Virus record (IMG/VR): IMGVR_UViG_3300034198_017033
Coordinates: 32,445-96,444 of that record
Reading direction: 5' to 3' (one strand)
Length of the DNA: 64,000 nucleotides
Source of the DNA: a virus
Part shown: one piece after another, positions 34,909-44,342 of the stretch
Position numbering within the stretch: the stretch's first letter is position 1
How the letters are laid out: each line of letters starts with the position of its first letter
Translations under genes and position numbers: made by a program
Notes under the pieces: generated by a model
What the model was told of the DNA's origin: nothing
The model's input: only the letters and a program-made list of their open reading frames with translations
Database searches by the model: none

Positions 34909-35133
34909 TTATTTTTTTTTATTTAAATCATATTTTTCCTCAGTTTCTTCTATAACAATATGTATTTTATGTGTTTTATCAATCGAATGAATCACGTTGA
35001 TAACATCGTAATATTTATTATTAATGTAAATATATTCGTTTCTTTGTGGAATTGAGATTAATTTGACATTAGATTTTACAATTTCCCATTTACTATTTAG
35101 GAATGTGACAGTATATTTTTTATCGAAAAACAT
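34909..35133 (-). CDS. hypothetical protein
   Basis: 74-aa ORF. Confidence 0.35.
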   Translation of the reverse strand: MFFDKKYTVTFLNSKWEIVKSNVKLISIPQRNEYIYINNKYYDVINVIHSIDKTHKIHIVIEETEEKYDLNKKK

Positions 35134-35257
35134 AATTAATATTTTTTATAAGATATTTATAATTGTTATAACACTTCATTAAATAATTAGTACTATGAAA
35201 AACAAAGGATGTGGATGCAAACCACCTAAAAAATAAGGTATTGCATTAAAAAGTTAA

Positions 35258-35292
35258 ACCCCTAGTAAGCGACAATTTACTAGGGGTTTTTA
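35258..35292 (+). terminator. strong intrinsic terminator (cccctagtaagcgacaatttactagggg plus TTTTT)
   Basis: A 9-bp stem with a T-tract, directly after a 13-codon plus-strand ORF (MKNKGCGCKPPKK, 35197-35238). Confidence 0.55.
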
Positions 35293-35377
35293 TTTCAGTA
35301 TGTTTTCGGTAAAATTAACTGAATCTTTTTAAAGAGTTGAGTATAATAAGAATTAACCTAATACACCCAAAAAAGTA

Positions 35378-35410
35378 CTCGAGGAGCTGACGGGAATCGA
35401 ACCCGCGTCT
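35378..35410 (-). other. tRNA 3'-half-like fragment (T-arm GCGGG-TTCGATT-CCCGT plus an acceptor 3' strand) with no recognisable 5' half
   Basis: Canonical T-loop sequence. No pairing 5' acceptor strand was found within about 400 nt. Confidence 0.3.
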
Positions 35411-35805
35411 TGAGTATTCTTCAAATGTTTTCTACATGTTTAGCTACAATTTTTCTTCTAGCGCCAGAATATATTATCGATGGCATCCAATAATAAAGAT
35501 GAATGGTGTACCATTATTTAGTGAATTATCACTATCAAGTGGATTACCACTATTTGCAGTTTTAAGCTACTGCTAACTCTCCGTTAGAAACCATTACAGC
35601 TTCATCAAGGAAATTTTCAGATACGATAAAATCGTTGTCAATTCAATGTTTAATAGACAGATTAAAGTGCTTCCAATCTAGCACTACATGCTTACAGTTT
35701 ACGACTATACCCAATCAAAACCAACCAACCCCATATTTTTCTAAGAACTTGTGATTTATAAATATGCGGGCACACATTAAAAAACCCGCATATCCTAAAT
35801 CTTTT

Positions 35806-35820
35806 TACAAATATACTAAC
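35806..35820 (-). promoter_or_regulatory. -7 promoter element (tacaaatatactaac) pointing into the 35140-35800 ORF-poor region
   Basis: Consensus motif downstream of the clpP stop. It is followed by the hairpin atatgcggg..cccgcatat. Confidence 0.45.
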
Positions 35821-35850
35821 ATTTTTTATAAAATGCAAGTTTATTTATAA

Positions 35851-36546
35851 TTATTTTTTCTTTTTGTTTGTTATAACACCATCAACAATACCATAAGCCA
35901 ACGCTTCTTCACCATTCATCCAAAAATCTCTTTCAGCATCTTTAAGAACTTGTTCTGGTGTTTTGTCAGTAAATTCTCCAAGCATGTTAAATAATGTTGT
36001 GTTATATTTTTCACCCTCAGCGATTGAACGTCTGATATCTTGAATGTTACCTTGGGCACCTGTTGATACTTGGTGTAACATTACTCTACTATTTGGTAAT
36101 GTGAAGCGTTTACCTTTGGTACCAGCACCTAATAAGATACTACCCATACTTGCAGCCATACCAGTGTTTACTGTAATGATATCAGATGAAACATAGTTCA
36201 TTACATCAACGATTGAAAGACCTGATTTTACTGACCCACCTGGTGTATCAACATGTAACGTAACATCCTTAACTTCTAAATTGTCTAAGAACATTAACTG
36301 TGCTTGAACAACAGTACTCATTCTATCGTTAACAGGTCCAGCTAACCAAATGATTCTATCCATCATAAGTCTGGAAAAAATATCCATTTGTGTAACACGC
36401 AATTCTCTTTCTTCTAAGATGTAAGGTGTTAGTGAAGCTGATGGACCATATATTCTAGTTTGAACATCTTCCCATGCTTGAAATTGACATGAGCTAATAC
36501 CCATGTGTTTGATAGCGTAATCTTTAAATTCTTGTGCGTAATTCAT
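35851..36546 (-). CDS. clpP: ATP-dependent Clp protease proteolytic subunit ClpP
   Basis: Active-site region TGMAASMGS. Ser-His-Asp context. Overall ClpP architecture. Confidence 0.8.
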   Translation of the reverse strand: MNYAQEFKDYAIKHMGISSCQFQAWEDVQTRIYGPSASLTPYILEERELRVTQMDIFSRLMMDRIIWLAGPVNDRMSTVVQAQLMFLDNLEVKDVTLHVDTPGGSVKSGLSIVDVMNYVSSDIITVNTGMAASMGSILLGAGTKGKRFTLPNSRVMLHQVSTGAQGNIQDIRRSIAEGEKYNTTLFNMLGEFTDKTPEQVLKDAERDFWMNGEEALAYGIVDGVITNKKKK

Positions 36547-36551
36547 TTTAT

Positions 36552-36848
36552 TTAATTTTGTAGTTTACTAATAAAAATTGGTGTGTAGTCACCCATCCAA
36601 GCTCCTTGGATATTAAAATAAAAATATTCGTAAGCCATACTAATTTGAACTTCTTCAATTGATTGACCATCCGTAATGTCGTCAATATCAACTTCCATGT
36701 CTTTAGCAAGTATTTCGATTATTTTTTCTACGTCATAGGCAACAACAGGGCCGAGATTTATTCTCTCGGCCATGCCTATAATAGCTTCGTCAAACCCATC
36801 AACTAATAACGCTTCTGGGTTTATTTCAGCAATCTGTTCTTTGAACAT
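36552..36848 (-). CDS. hypothetical protein
   Basis: 98-aa ORF. Confidence 0.4.
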   Translation of the reverse strand: MFKEQIAEINPEALLVDGFDEAIIGMAERINLGPVVAYDVEKIIEILAKDMEVDIDDITDGQSIEEVQISMAYEYFYFNIQGAWMGDYTPIFISKLQN

Positions 36849-37273
36849 TACTCAGCGTTTTCTGCCTCTGTTTGTTTTTCTGATTCGAATAACAAACTTA
36901 TAGTTTCTCTAACTCGATTCCATTTATCGAAACCGTGTTTAGATAAAATACCACTAAACGTAACAACGTCTGGTTTAGAAATCTCAATTCTGTCTTTTTC
37001 AGTGTTATAGTGGATTGAAGAAATAGATTCTTCAATCACCATTTCTTTATCAGCGTCATCAAGTTTATCTAAGACGTTTTCGTTGATAACGATGATGATA
37101 TCATCACCAGTTCTGTATTTTAACAATTCGTTAGCTTTGTTTACCTTGTAAACGTCTTTAGCTTTATTGTTAGTTAACACAGTAATGTTAATGAAATTAG
37201 ATAGACCTGCTCTTTCTATGTGTTTAGTATACAAGTCTGTTGTGTCTTCAAATGGTTCTTCGTATCTAGCCAT
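36848..37273 (-). CDS. hypothetical protein
   Basis: 141-aa ORF. Promoter motif at 37307-37325. Confidence 0.45.
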   Translation of the reverse strand: MARYEEPFEDTTDLYTKHIERAGLSNFINITVLTNNKAKDVYKVNKANELLKYRTGDDIIIVINENVLDKLDDADKEMVIEESISSIHYNTEKDRIEISKPDVVTFSGILSKHGFDKWNRVRETISLLFESEKQTEAENAE

Positions 37274-37334
37274 TGTTTTTAAAAAATTTTATATAATGTT
37301 ATTGTTTTACAAAAATACTAATTAATATTCTAAT

Positions 37335-38366
37335 TTACAAACTTTCCGTTTGTTTTTTTTCGTACTCTTCTTTTAAATCGATTATAATAGCTTTTAAGCT
37401 ATCATCTAGAGTTTTTGGTATATTCACATCCAAAGTAACAATTAAATCACCACGTTTGTCTGTATTTAGCTCTCTGAGACCTTTAAACGGTATTTTAAGG
37501 TTTTGCCCAATTTGACTGTATTCTGATATTGGTATTCTAATTTTACCACCTTCTATGGTGTTTATTTCAACTTTATCACCCAATACCAACTGATGGTATT
37601 CTAATTTAAGTTTTAATTTTAGTTCCGAACCAACTCTAGTGAATTTTTCGTGTGGTAATTCGGATATTCGTATAATTAAATCACCTTCTCTTCCGCTTTT
37701 AACACCATGGCCTTTACCACCCATAACAAATGCCATACCATCTTGGATTCCAGTTGGTATGTCTACTTCAACTAGTTCTTGTTTTTTTACTAAACCACTA
37801 CCACTACAAGTTTTACATTCGTTTTTAAAAGTTGTTCCAGTACCACTACAAACATGACAATCATTTATGTTTTCCATAAAACCAAAAGGTGTTCTAGTGA
37901 CTTGTCTAATCTGACCACTTCCATTACATGTAGAACATTCTTGTGGTTCAGAACCACCATGTCCAGAACAGTCAGTACAAGAAACATTTCTATTGTAGTT
38001 ATATTTCTTTTTAACACCTGTAAAAATTTCTTCTAGTGTTAATTTTACAGTTAAGGTCATATTTTCACCAACGCGTTCTCTAGCTTGTTTTTGTCTAAAA
38101 AATTGACTGAACATATCATGGAAACCATTTTGCATATCATCATACCCACCTATATTATCATGAGAATGACCAAATCTATCGTATTTGGCTTTTTTATCTT
38201 TATCAGATAAAACTTCATAAGCTTCTGAAATTTCTTTAAATAGTGTTTCATCACCGCCCTTATCTGGATGGTGTTCTTTTGCTAATTTTCTATAGGTTTT
38301 TTTGATTTCTTCAGCAGTAGCAGCCTTATTAAGACCTAAAACTTCATAATAATCTTTTTTGCTCAT
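37335..38366 (-). CDS. dnaJ: DnaJ-family chaperone
   Basis: J domain KKDYYEVLGL...HPDK. Four CxxCxGxG zinc-finger repeats. C-terminal substrate-binding domains. Confidence 0.8.
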   Translation of the reverse strand: MSKKDYYEVLGLNKAATAEEIKKTYRKLAKEHHPDKGGDETLFKEISEAYEVLSDKDKKAKYDRFGHSHDNIGGYDDMQNGFHDMFSQFFRQKQARERVGENMTLTVKLTLEEIFTGVKKKYNYNRNVSCTDCSGHGGSEPQECSTCNGSGQIRQVTRTPFGFMENINDCHVCSGTGTTFKNECKTCSGSGLVKKQELVEVDIPTGIQDGMAFVMGGKGHGVKSGREGDLIIRISELPHEKFTRVGSELKLKLKLEYHQLVLGDKVEINTIEGGKIRIPISEYSQIGQNLKIPFKGLRELNTDKRGDLIVTLDVNIPKTLDDSLKAIIIDLKEEYEKKQTESL

Positions 38367-38383
38367 AGTTTGTATTTATTTTT

Positions 38384-38400
38384 TAGCAAATATACTTAAA
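38384..38400 (-). promoter_or_regulatory. -7 promoter element (tagcaaatatacttaaa) for dnaJ
   Basis: Consensus motif 25 nt upstream of the ATG at 38366. Confidence 0.5.
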
Positions 38401-38421
38401 TTATATTAAAAATGCAAATAG

Positions 38422-39081
38422 ATGACATATAGAGTTGTATTATTGTGTAACGGCGAATATAAAAAGACAATTCATAGAGCTAGAACCCTAGAAACTATTT
38501 TTACACGTTACCATAAAATAAAAGAAGAAAATAATGTTTTGTTTCCTAAACGTTTTGTTAATAGTAATAAAATTATACCTGTAAAATACGAGATTGCTGT
38601 GACAAAACCAACTGAAGAGGGTGATACATTTAGAACCCTTAGAGATGGTTATGGTAAGTTATACACTGAAGAACCCTTGGGTGATTGGACTATTTTAACA
38701 TCTCAAGATTATGAGCTTGAAGAAACATTTATGATTTATGGTATTGGTTATAAAAACGGTGAAAGACCAACAATACGTGAAATAGTTAAAAGACTTATGC
38801 TTAACGCACATTCTAAAAAAACTGTTAAACAAATCATAGTTGTTTATAACAAATTGTTAATATATAATGAGGACCAATTTGATATGGTTTTATGTAAGAA
38901 TTTAGAAGAAGCTCAAAGGTTACACCATACACTTGCTAAAATAGCTAAAAAACAAAAAATAAAAAGTCTTTTATTTATGGGGACAGCAACTAAGTCTAAT
39001 ATAGGTAGATTATATGATGTGATACATGATGAAACAGGTTGGCCTTACCCTAAAATACGAAGACAAAGTACGTTACATTAA
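38422..39081 (+). CDS. hypothetical protein (plus strand)
   Basis: 219-aa ORF followed by a terminator at 39081-39112. Confidence 0.5.
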   Translation: MTYRVVLLCNGEYKKTIHRARTLETIFTRYHKIKEENNVLFPKRFVNSNKIIPVKYEIAVTKPTEEGDTFRTLRDGYGKLYTEEPLGDWTILTSQDYELEETFMIYGIGYKNGERPTIREIVKRLMLNAHSKKTVKQIIVVYNKLLIYNEDQFDMVLCKNLEEAQRLHHTLAKIAKKQKIKSLLFMGTATKSNIGRLYDVIHDETGWPYPKIRRQSTLH

Positions 39082-39112
39082 AAAACCCAGAAAATTTCTG
39101 GGTTTAATTTTA
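39081..39112. terminator. bidirectional intrinsic terminator (cccagaaaatttctggg flanked by A and T runs)
   Basis: Stem-loop between convergent genes. Confidence 0.55.
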
Positions 39113-39298
39113 TTTAAATAAGTTTTCTAATTTTGTTACCAACTCAGCTATTCTCTTATCATTTCTATCTATTTGTTGTTGAATATTATTTGGTATATTA
39201 CCAGCATATTCAGATTTTAATTTAGAATTTTGTCTTTGAAGTGAATCACTTTCTCTAAGACAATTGTCATATATTATTGCTTTATCTTGATTATTCAT
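39110..39298 (-). CDS. hypothetical small protein
   Basis: Start MNNQDKAIIYDN. Confidence 0.35.
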   Translation of the reverse strand: MNNQDKAIIYDNCLRESDSLQRQNSKLKSEYAGNIPNNIQQQIDRNDKRIAELVTKLENLFK

Positions 39299-39629
39299 AT
39301 TTACCACAATTACAATCTCCACCGCATTCGCATGGATTATTTTCAATTTCAATATCTTCAATATCCATATCAACACCTACTGAAAACTGTTCTTGAATCT
39401 CTTTAATCATTTGTTGTACTTTCTCCATATCTGGTTCTGAAAGCATTACTGGGTTGATACATTCTACTCGTTCTTCACCAGTAGTTGGTAAAAAGAATGC
39501 CATCATGTTAGAATTTTTTTGTTCAATCATATGATTTACCGATTCGGCAAATGGTTGAATAATTTGTTGGTTTTGCATCATTTCAGCGTCCAAGTAAAAT
39601 ACTAGGATAAGTGGGTGGTTGTTTTCCAT
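39291..39629 (-). CDS. hypothetical protein with a C-terminal Cys cluster
   Basis: C-terminus NPCECGGDCNCGKYE. Confidence 0.4.
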   Translation of the reverse strand: MENNHPLILVFYLDAEMMQNQQIIQPFAESVNHMIEQKNSNMMAFFLPTTGEERVECINPVMLSEPDMEKVQQMIKEIQEQFSVGVDMDIEDIEIENNPCECGGDCNCGKYE

Positions 39630-39630
39630 T

Positions 39631-39873
39631 TTAGTTTTTATTAAATAATGTTATTTCTTCTATTGAATTAAGGATTTCTTTTGTGTTGTAATCGTAAAAA
39701 TGTATTAAAATTAGTTCGTTAACAATTTCTTTTTTTTCATTATCACCAATAGCAGTTTCACATTTTAAATTTTGGTCATCAATTTTAACATAGATTAAAA
39801 ATTCACTAATATATTTACCTTTTTTATTACTACTATAATAACGGTCTACCTCTTTAATTAATAGTTTTTTCAT
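39631..39873 (-). CDS. hypothetical protein
   Basis: 80-aa ORF. Confidence 0.4.
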   Translation of the reverse strand: MKKLLIKEVDRYYSSNKKGKYISEFLIYVKIDDQNLKCETAIGDNEKKEIVNELILIHFYDYNTKEILNSIEEITLFNKN

Positions 39874-40151
39874 TTTATTTTAAATATACCGAAAAATAAA
39901 AAATATGTAAATAATATAAAACAAAAAAACCCTCCATATATGGAAGGTTTTATTTTAATTGTCTCAAGATGTTGGGGCTTTTACTTCTAAACCCTGTTTG
40001 AAGTTTCCCAACATTAAAAATAAATTTAGAGGTTGCTGGGAAGACCTACATTAACTAAGTACTGAATCATAAATATTTGTAGATAGCTTGCGGTATACAT
40101 CTTTCAATGACAATCTTGATAAAAATGAGGCAGTTTCCCACCTCACCCTTA

Positions 40152-41606
40152 TTAAACAGTTACGCTAGCGTAACGCTCTGAGCCGATAACTGACATCATC
40201 ATTGCTAATGGTGTCATTTCTTTACCAGCCAACAAGTTGGTAAGTAAAGCTGGACTGAACCCAGATACAAGCGCAGTTCCATTTTTATCAAAGTGAACTG
40301 GTTTGTTGTTATCACCTCTTGATTGAATGTTCCAGAAAACGATTTTTGGCACTTCGTACCCAGCATCGTTATACATTTTTTCAATCATTTGTTGAGCAGT
40401 TGGGTTCCAAGAACCTTGACCACCCCAACGACTACCTACAGCAGAGTCAAACTCCATATCTGATAGGATTAACATCATTGTTGGCATTTCCTCAGGTGCA
40501 ACATTAGAAGCAACAGCTTTATTTAAAATCAACTTGAAAGCTGCTTCTAAATTAGTACTACCACCCCATTTTGAACGTGCCATTTGACGGTATCTTTCTG
40601 ACAAACTACCTTTCACTATTTCTAATGATGGTGATTCGTGGAAAGTAATAAACGCGTCTTTGAATGGACCAACGTTTCTTTCTGAAATGTATAACCCCAA
40701 TGAGATTGATACATCCATACAAGTAACATTAGCGTTACTACCCGCTGGTGTTTCCATAGAACCAGATACGTCAACCAATGGCAACACTCTTTCGTTGTTG
40801 TTTTCCATGTAGTTTGGTAACGCGTTCCATTGAACATCAGCACCTTTGGTATTACCTTGTTTAAGGTTTTTGATGATGTCGTATGGGTATACGGCACCAG
40901 CATTGATTTTGGTTTCACCTTTTTCAACACTTGTTAAGTATTCTTGAAAACGAGCTAAGTCGTTTTTAGAGAACGCTTTCATGTAATCACTCATAGCTTT
41001 TGAAGGCAATTTAGAGTAATCAATTAAAGAGAATTCTCTAGAACACATTAATTGCTCAACTGTGTTAGAATTTTCAACTAACATTTTACGGTAGTCTTTT
41101 GGTGACATACCCATATATTTTCTTAAAGTGGTTGCCCATCTTTTTTTCTCACGATTACCAACATTTGGACGTGGAGCCCATTTTGCAGCTAAACCATTTT
41201 TACTAGTCAAACCTTCAGCATATAAACCTAACGCTTGTGTTTCTAAAGGTGTTCCAATCATCATAAATAAATCATCCCAACGACCAAACTCACTAATCAA
41301 ATGTAAGTTCTTAGCAAGAACCTCTGTACGGTTTTTACCTAAATATTCAATTATGTCTCTGAAAATTTGTCTCTCACCAGCACCACCACGAACATCACGA
41401 GCCCAAAAAAGCAAACGCATAGCGTTTAACGGGTTCTCACCAAAAGCTTTGGTAAACACATTGATAAGTCTAGTTTTATCTTGACCTCTCATTGCACCAA
41501 TTTGAAAAAATAAATCAACACATAAATTCAAAGAACTTGAATTTGTAGTCATTCCGTTTTCAGTTAAAGAATTGTTAGTTTGCATAGCTTTTAATAAAGT
41601 GCTCAT
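40152..41606 (-). CDS. vWA-domain protein (DUF2828-like phage protein; possible distant Ro60/TROVE-like architecture)
   Basis: MIDAS-like PLVDVSGSME. Large alpha-helical N-terminal region. Confidence 0.45.
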   Translation of the reverse strand: MSTLLKAMQTNNSLTENGMTTNSSSLNLCVDLFFQIGAMRGQDKTRLINVFTKAFGENPLNAMRLLFWARDVRGGAGERQIFRDIIEYLGKNRTEVLAKNLHLISEFGRWDDLFMMIGTPLETQALGLYAEGLTSKNGLAAKWAPRPNVGNREKKRWATTLRKYMGMSPKDYRKMLVENSNTVEQLMCSREFSLIDYSKLPSKAMSDYMKAFSKNDLARFQEYLTSVEKGETKINAGAVYPYDIIKNLKQGNTKGADVQWNALPNYMENNNERVLPLVDVSGSMETPAGSNANVTCMDVSISLGLYISERNVGPFKDAFITFHESPSLEIVKGSLSERYRQMARSKWGGSTNLEAAFKLILNKAVASNVAPEEMPTMMLILSDMEFDSAVGSRWGGQGSWNPTAQQMIEKMYNDAGYEVPKIVFWNIQSRGDNNKPVHFDKNGTALVSGFSPALLTNLLAGKEMTPLAMMMSVIGSERYASVTV

Positions 41607-41645
41607 AATATTTGTTTTTAAAGTTTATTATTTATTTCAGTGATG

Positions 41646-41660
41646 CAAAGATACGAAGTT
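41646..41660 (-). promoter_or_regulatory. -7 promoter element (tgcaaagatacgaag) with an upstream gtcaaatttttttgcaactttttttt A-tract
   Basis: Consensus motif about 40 nt upstream of the ATG at 41606. Confidence 0.5.
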
Positions 41661-41729
41661 TTTTAGTCCGTGTCAAATTTTTTTGCAACTTTTTTTAAAA
41701 TATTTTTTTGTTTGTTGATTTTCAGTGAT

Positions 41730-42329
41730 TTAGGATACAAAGTTTTTTATATATTGTGTCCTATGATACCTACATGAGCCGTATTGTTTTATAGCGGCTA
41801 TGTGTCCAGCACTTAAATAACCCTTATTACCACTCCATTCGTATTGTGGGTGTAGTTTGTGTATTTTACCCATGTATTCATCACGTCTAACTTTAGCTAC
41901 TATAGCAGCTGCTGCTATACATGTGTATGTATCGTCACCCTTAGGTACTGTTGTTACTGGCGTATCTGAGTATTTTTCCCATACGGTGCCATCCACAAGT
42001 ATGTGTTCTGGTGTTTTGGTTAGTTTATCTAAACATAGGTGCATTGCTTTGAATGTTGCTGGGTTGATACCTATTTCGTTGATATCAATGGCTGAGACAG
42101 CTTCGCATACAACATCAATCGCATTATCCATAATTAATTTGTATGCGTCTTTGCGTTGTTTTTCGGTAAGTTGTTTGCTATCTCTTATTAGTTCTGATTT
42201 AAAACCCTTAGGCATTATCACAGCTGCTGTTACAACTGGCCCAGCGCCAGCTCCACGACCAACCTCGTCTAATCCGACTACATAATCGTAATCACCAAAG
42301 TCTTCAAGTATTTTCTTTGTCTTTGCCAT
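41730..42329 (-). CDS. rnhB: ribonuclease HII
   Basis: VVGLDEVGRGAGAGPVVTAAV matches the RNase HII N-terminal catalytic motif. DSK and later D/H residues are conserved. Confidence 0.8.
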   Translation of the reverse strand: MAKTKKILEDFGDYDYVVGLDEVGRGAGAGPVVTAAVIMPKGFKSELIRDSKQLTEKQRKDAYKLIMDNAIDVVCEAVSAIDINEIGINPATFKAMHLCLDKLTKTPEHILVDGTVWEKYSDTPVTTVPKGDDTYTCIAAAAIVAKVRRDEYMGKIHKLHPQYEWSGNKGYLSAGHIAAIKQYGSCRYHRTQYIKNFVS

Positions 42330-42360
42330 TAATTATTTTTGGCAAATATACTACTTTTTT

Positions 42361-42594
42361 TTATTCTTCGTAATTTTTTTTAACAAATTTTATTAAAATA
42401 CCACTAATTTCAACTTCAAATTCATCAACTGGTTCAAAATTGGTATTAACACCTTGTGTTTTTTGTAGTAATTCTAAGTTCATCGACAAGTGGGCTTTTG
42501 GATGTAATTGGTAGGTTAGCACCAGACCATTTTTTTCTATTTTCTCATTTTCGAATATTTCGGAAACTGTTTCAATTAATTTATCAAAGTTCAT
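42361..42594 (-). CDS. hypothetical protein
   Basis: 77-aa ORF. Confidence 0.4.
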   Translation of the reverse strand: MNFDKLIETVSEIFENEKIEKNGLVLTYQLHPKAHLSMNLELLQKTQGVNTNFEPVDEFEVEISGILIKFVKKNYEE

Positions 42595-42595
42595 A

Positions 42596-42811
42596 TTAAA
42601 ATTTAGTAAACACTTTTTTTATTGCTGATATTATTTTTGATGTGAAGCTTTTTTTAATCACTTTAGGTTTTGGGTTCTTTTTAATCTCATCACCAAGGCC
42701 GTTTTTAACTTCGTTTATAAATTGTGTTTTTTTAAGTGCTGTTTTATATTTTTCAACCAACACATCTTTATCAGCCAACGACTGTTCTCTACTTATTATT
42801 TTATCGTCCAT
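42596..42811 (-). CDS. hypothetical basic protein
   Basis: 71-aa ORF. Confidence 0.4.
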   Translation of the reverse strand: MDDKIISREQSLADKDVLVEKYKTALKKTQFINEVKNGLGDEIKKNPKPKVIKKSFTSKIISAIKKVFTKF

Positions 42812-42831
42812 ATTTTTTTTTATTAAATATA

Positions 42832-43005
42832 CTAGTTATTTTTGTTTTTGTCAATATAATTTGATTCATTATCAAACCCACATTTATGACAAACATACAA
42901 ATCTTCTTTTGAAGATTCAGATTCTTTCCAAGACCAACCACATTTTTTACATTTTATGATTCTATCTATGGTTTCTCTAAGTAATTTTTTTATAAAATTC
43001 TTCAT
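42832..43005 (-). CDS. small zinc-ribbon protein with the shared N-terminal motif
   Basis: Not in the ORF track (57 aa). Sequence MKNFIKKLLRETIDRIIKCKKCGWSWK...YVCHKCGF. It ends at a TAG. Confidence 0.4.
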   Translation of the reverse strand: MKNFIKKLLRETIDRIIKCKKCGWSWKESESSKEDLYVCHKCGFDNESNYIDKNKNN

Positions 43006-43065
43006 GTTTTTTTTTATTATAAATATTGACTAATTTATATATTATGTTTATATTTAATAAAAATT

Positions 43066-43401
43066 ATGAATACAATTGTTTTTTTACTGATTTGTTATGG
43101 GGCATGTAATAATTTAATTTATGGGTCTTTATTCGAAAGTTTCAGAAATTTCTTAAGTAAATATGGGACTGGTGGTTATAGTTTACATAAACTATTCACT
43201 TGTTTTATGTGCTTAGGTACATGGATGGGTTTTGCGATATCGTTCATTTTTATTTATTTTGGTTATTCAGATTTAACACCTGTTGGCTCTATGGGCGTAA
43301 CCGATTTTTATTTAGTGATTTTCCTAAACGGATTATTATCAGCTGGAGGAGTCTGGTTGATACATACTTTTCAAGAGTTACTTGAAAGAGCATTTTCTTA
43401 A
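43066..43401 (+). CDS. small multi-pass membrane protein (holin-like candidate)
   Basis: Three hydrophobic helices. Followed by a strong terminator. Lies two kilobases upstream of the endolysin. Confidence 0.4.
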   Translation: MNTIVFLLICYGACNNLIYGSLFESFRNFLSKYGTGGYSLHKLFTCFMCLGTWMGFAISFIFIYFGYSDLTPVGSMGVTDFYLVIFLNGLLSAGGVWLIHTFQELLERAFS

Positions 43402-43417
43402 TGTTATTGTTTTAATT

Positions 43418-43455
43418 AAAAAAGCCTTAGAAATTTCTAAGGCTTTTTTTTATCT
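43418..43455. terminator. bidirectional intrinsic terminator (agccttagaaatttctaaggct plus T-tract)
   Basis: An 8-bp stem followed by TTTTTTTT. Confidence 0.6.
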
Positions 43456-44118
43456 AGGTGGTAACTCTATTTTGCTAGCCATCCCGTTTTTTTTGTTTTT
43501 AAACATTTTTCGATTTCTTTCAGCTCTCGCTTCTTCTTCCATCATTTCCAATTCTTCTTCTGTAAATTGAATTGGTTTTCCGTTTTCATCTAAGTATTGT
43601 GGAGTTGTCATTGTTTCAGACATTTCTTCAACACCCATATTGTCTATCATTTCAGAAGTATAGATAATAGGTTCTTGATAATTTTCACTTGGTTGGATGT
43701 CTTGTGGTTCAACATCTTCGTCTATGTTTAAATCAAACTCACCTAAAGACGGCACTATGTCTTCTTCTGAAAAACTAAATTTTAATCTAGAAAGTTTTGT
43801 TAATGAATTTTCTTTAAATAATTTTTTAAGTTCTTCAACTTTAACTCTTAATAATTCATGTTTTTTTTCTCTTTCAAGATTTAATTTAATTGTTTTATCA
43901 ACAAAAGACAATAATTCATCAATCCCAATCCCTTTTTTTTCACTATAAATCATATAGTAATTCATTCCTTCATCACCCTTAACTTTAGTGATTGCTGGGT
44001 CCTCTGGAACTGTCCACCCTTCTTTAAACACTGTATCAATTAAAGGTAATCCTTCTAGATACCTAATACCTATAACATAAGGCTGTAATGAATCTAAAGC
44101 TTTTTGAATACTTGACAT
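43450..44118 (-). CDS. hypothetical protein
   Basis: 222-aa ORF. Confidence 0.5.
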   Translation of the reverse strand: MSSIQKALDSLQPYVIGIRYLEGLPLIDTVFKEGWTVPEDPAITKVKGDEGMNYYMIYSEKKGIGIDELLSFVDKTIKLNLEREKKHELLRVKVEELKKLFKENSLTKLSRLKFSFSEEDIVPSLGEFDLNIDEDVEPQDIQPSENYQEPIIYTSEMIDNMGVEEMSETMTTPQYLDENGKPIQFTEEELEMMEEEARAERNRKMFKNKKNGMASKIELPPR

Positions 44119-44122
44119 ATTT

Positions 44123-44335
44123 TTAAATTTTAATACCTGTAAAAATAACAGATAAAATATATCCTATTGATAAACCTAACAATATTAATGATGTTTTTGA
44201 AATCACATATTTTAATTGTTGTTCCTCAGTTGATGAAACAATTGCTTGGATAAAATAATATGCATGTCTAATTGAATTTAGTAATGAAACGAAAAACAAA
44301 AACATAAATAATTTATTAAGTAAAACTTCAAACAT
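44123..44335 (-). CDS. small membrane protein
   Basis: Two hydrophobic helices. Confidence 0.4.
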   Translation of the reverse strand: MFEVLLNKLFMFLFFVSLLNSIRHAYYFIQAIVSSTEEQQLKYVISKTSLILLGLSIGYILSVIFTGIKI

Positions 44336-44342
44336 ATTTTTA

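Noticed and set aside
35378-35410. tRNA 3' fragment as an attP core indicating a temperate phage
   Set aside because: No integrase, excisionase or repressor-like gene is visible anywhere in the window. The gene content is that of a virulent T4-like phage. More likely a degenerate tRNA or split-tRNA remnant.
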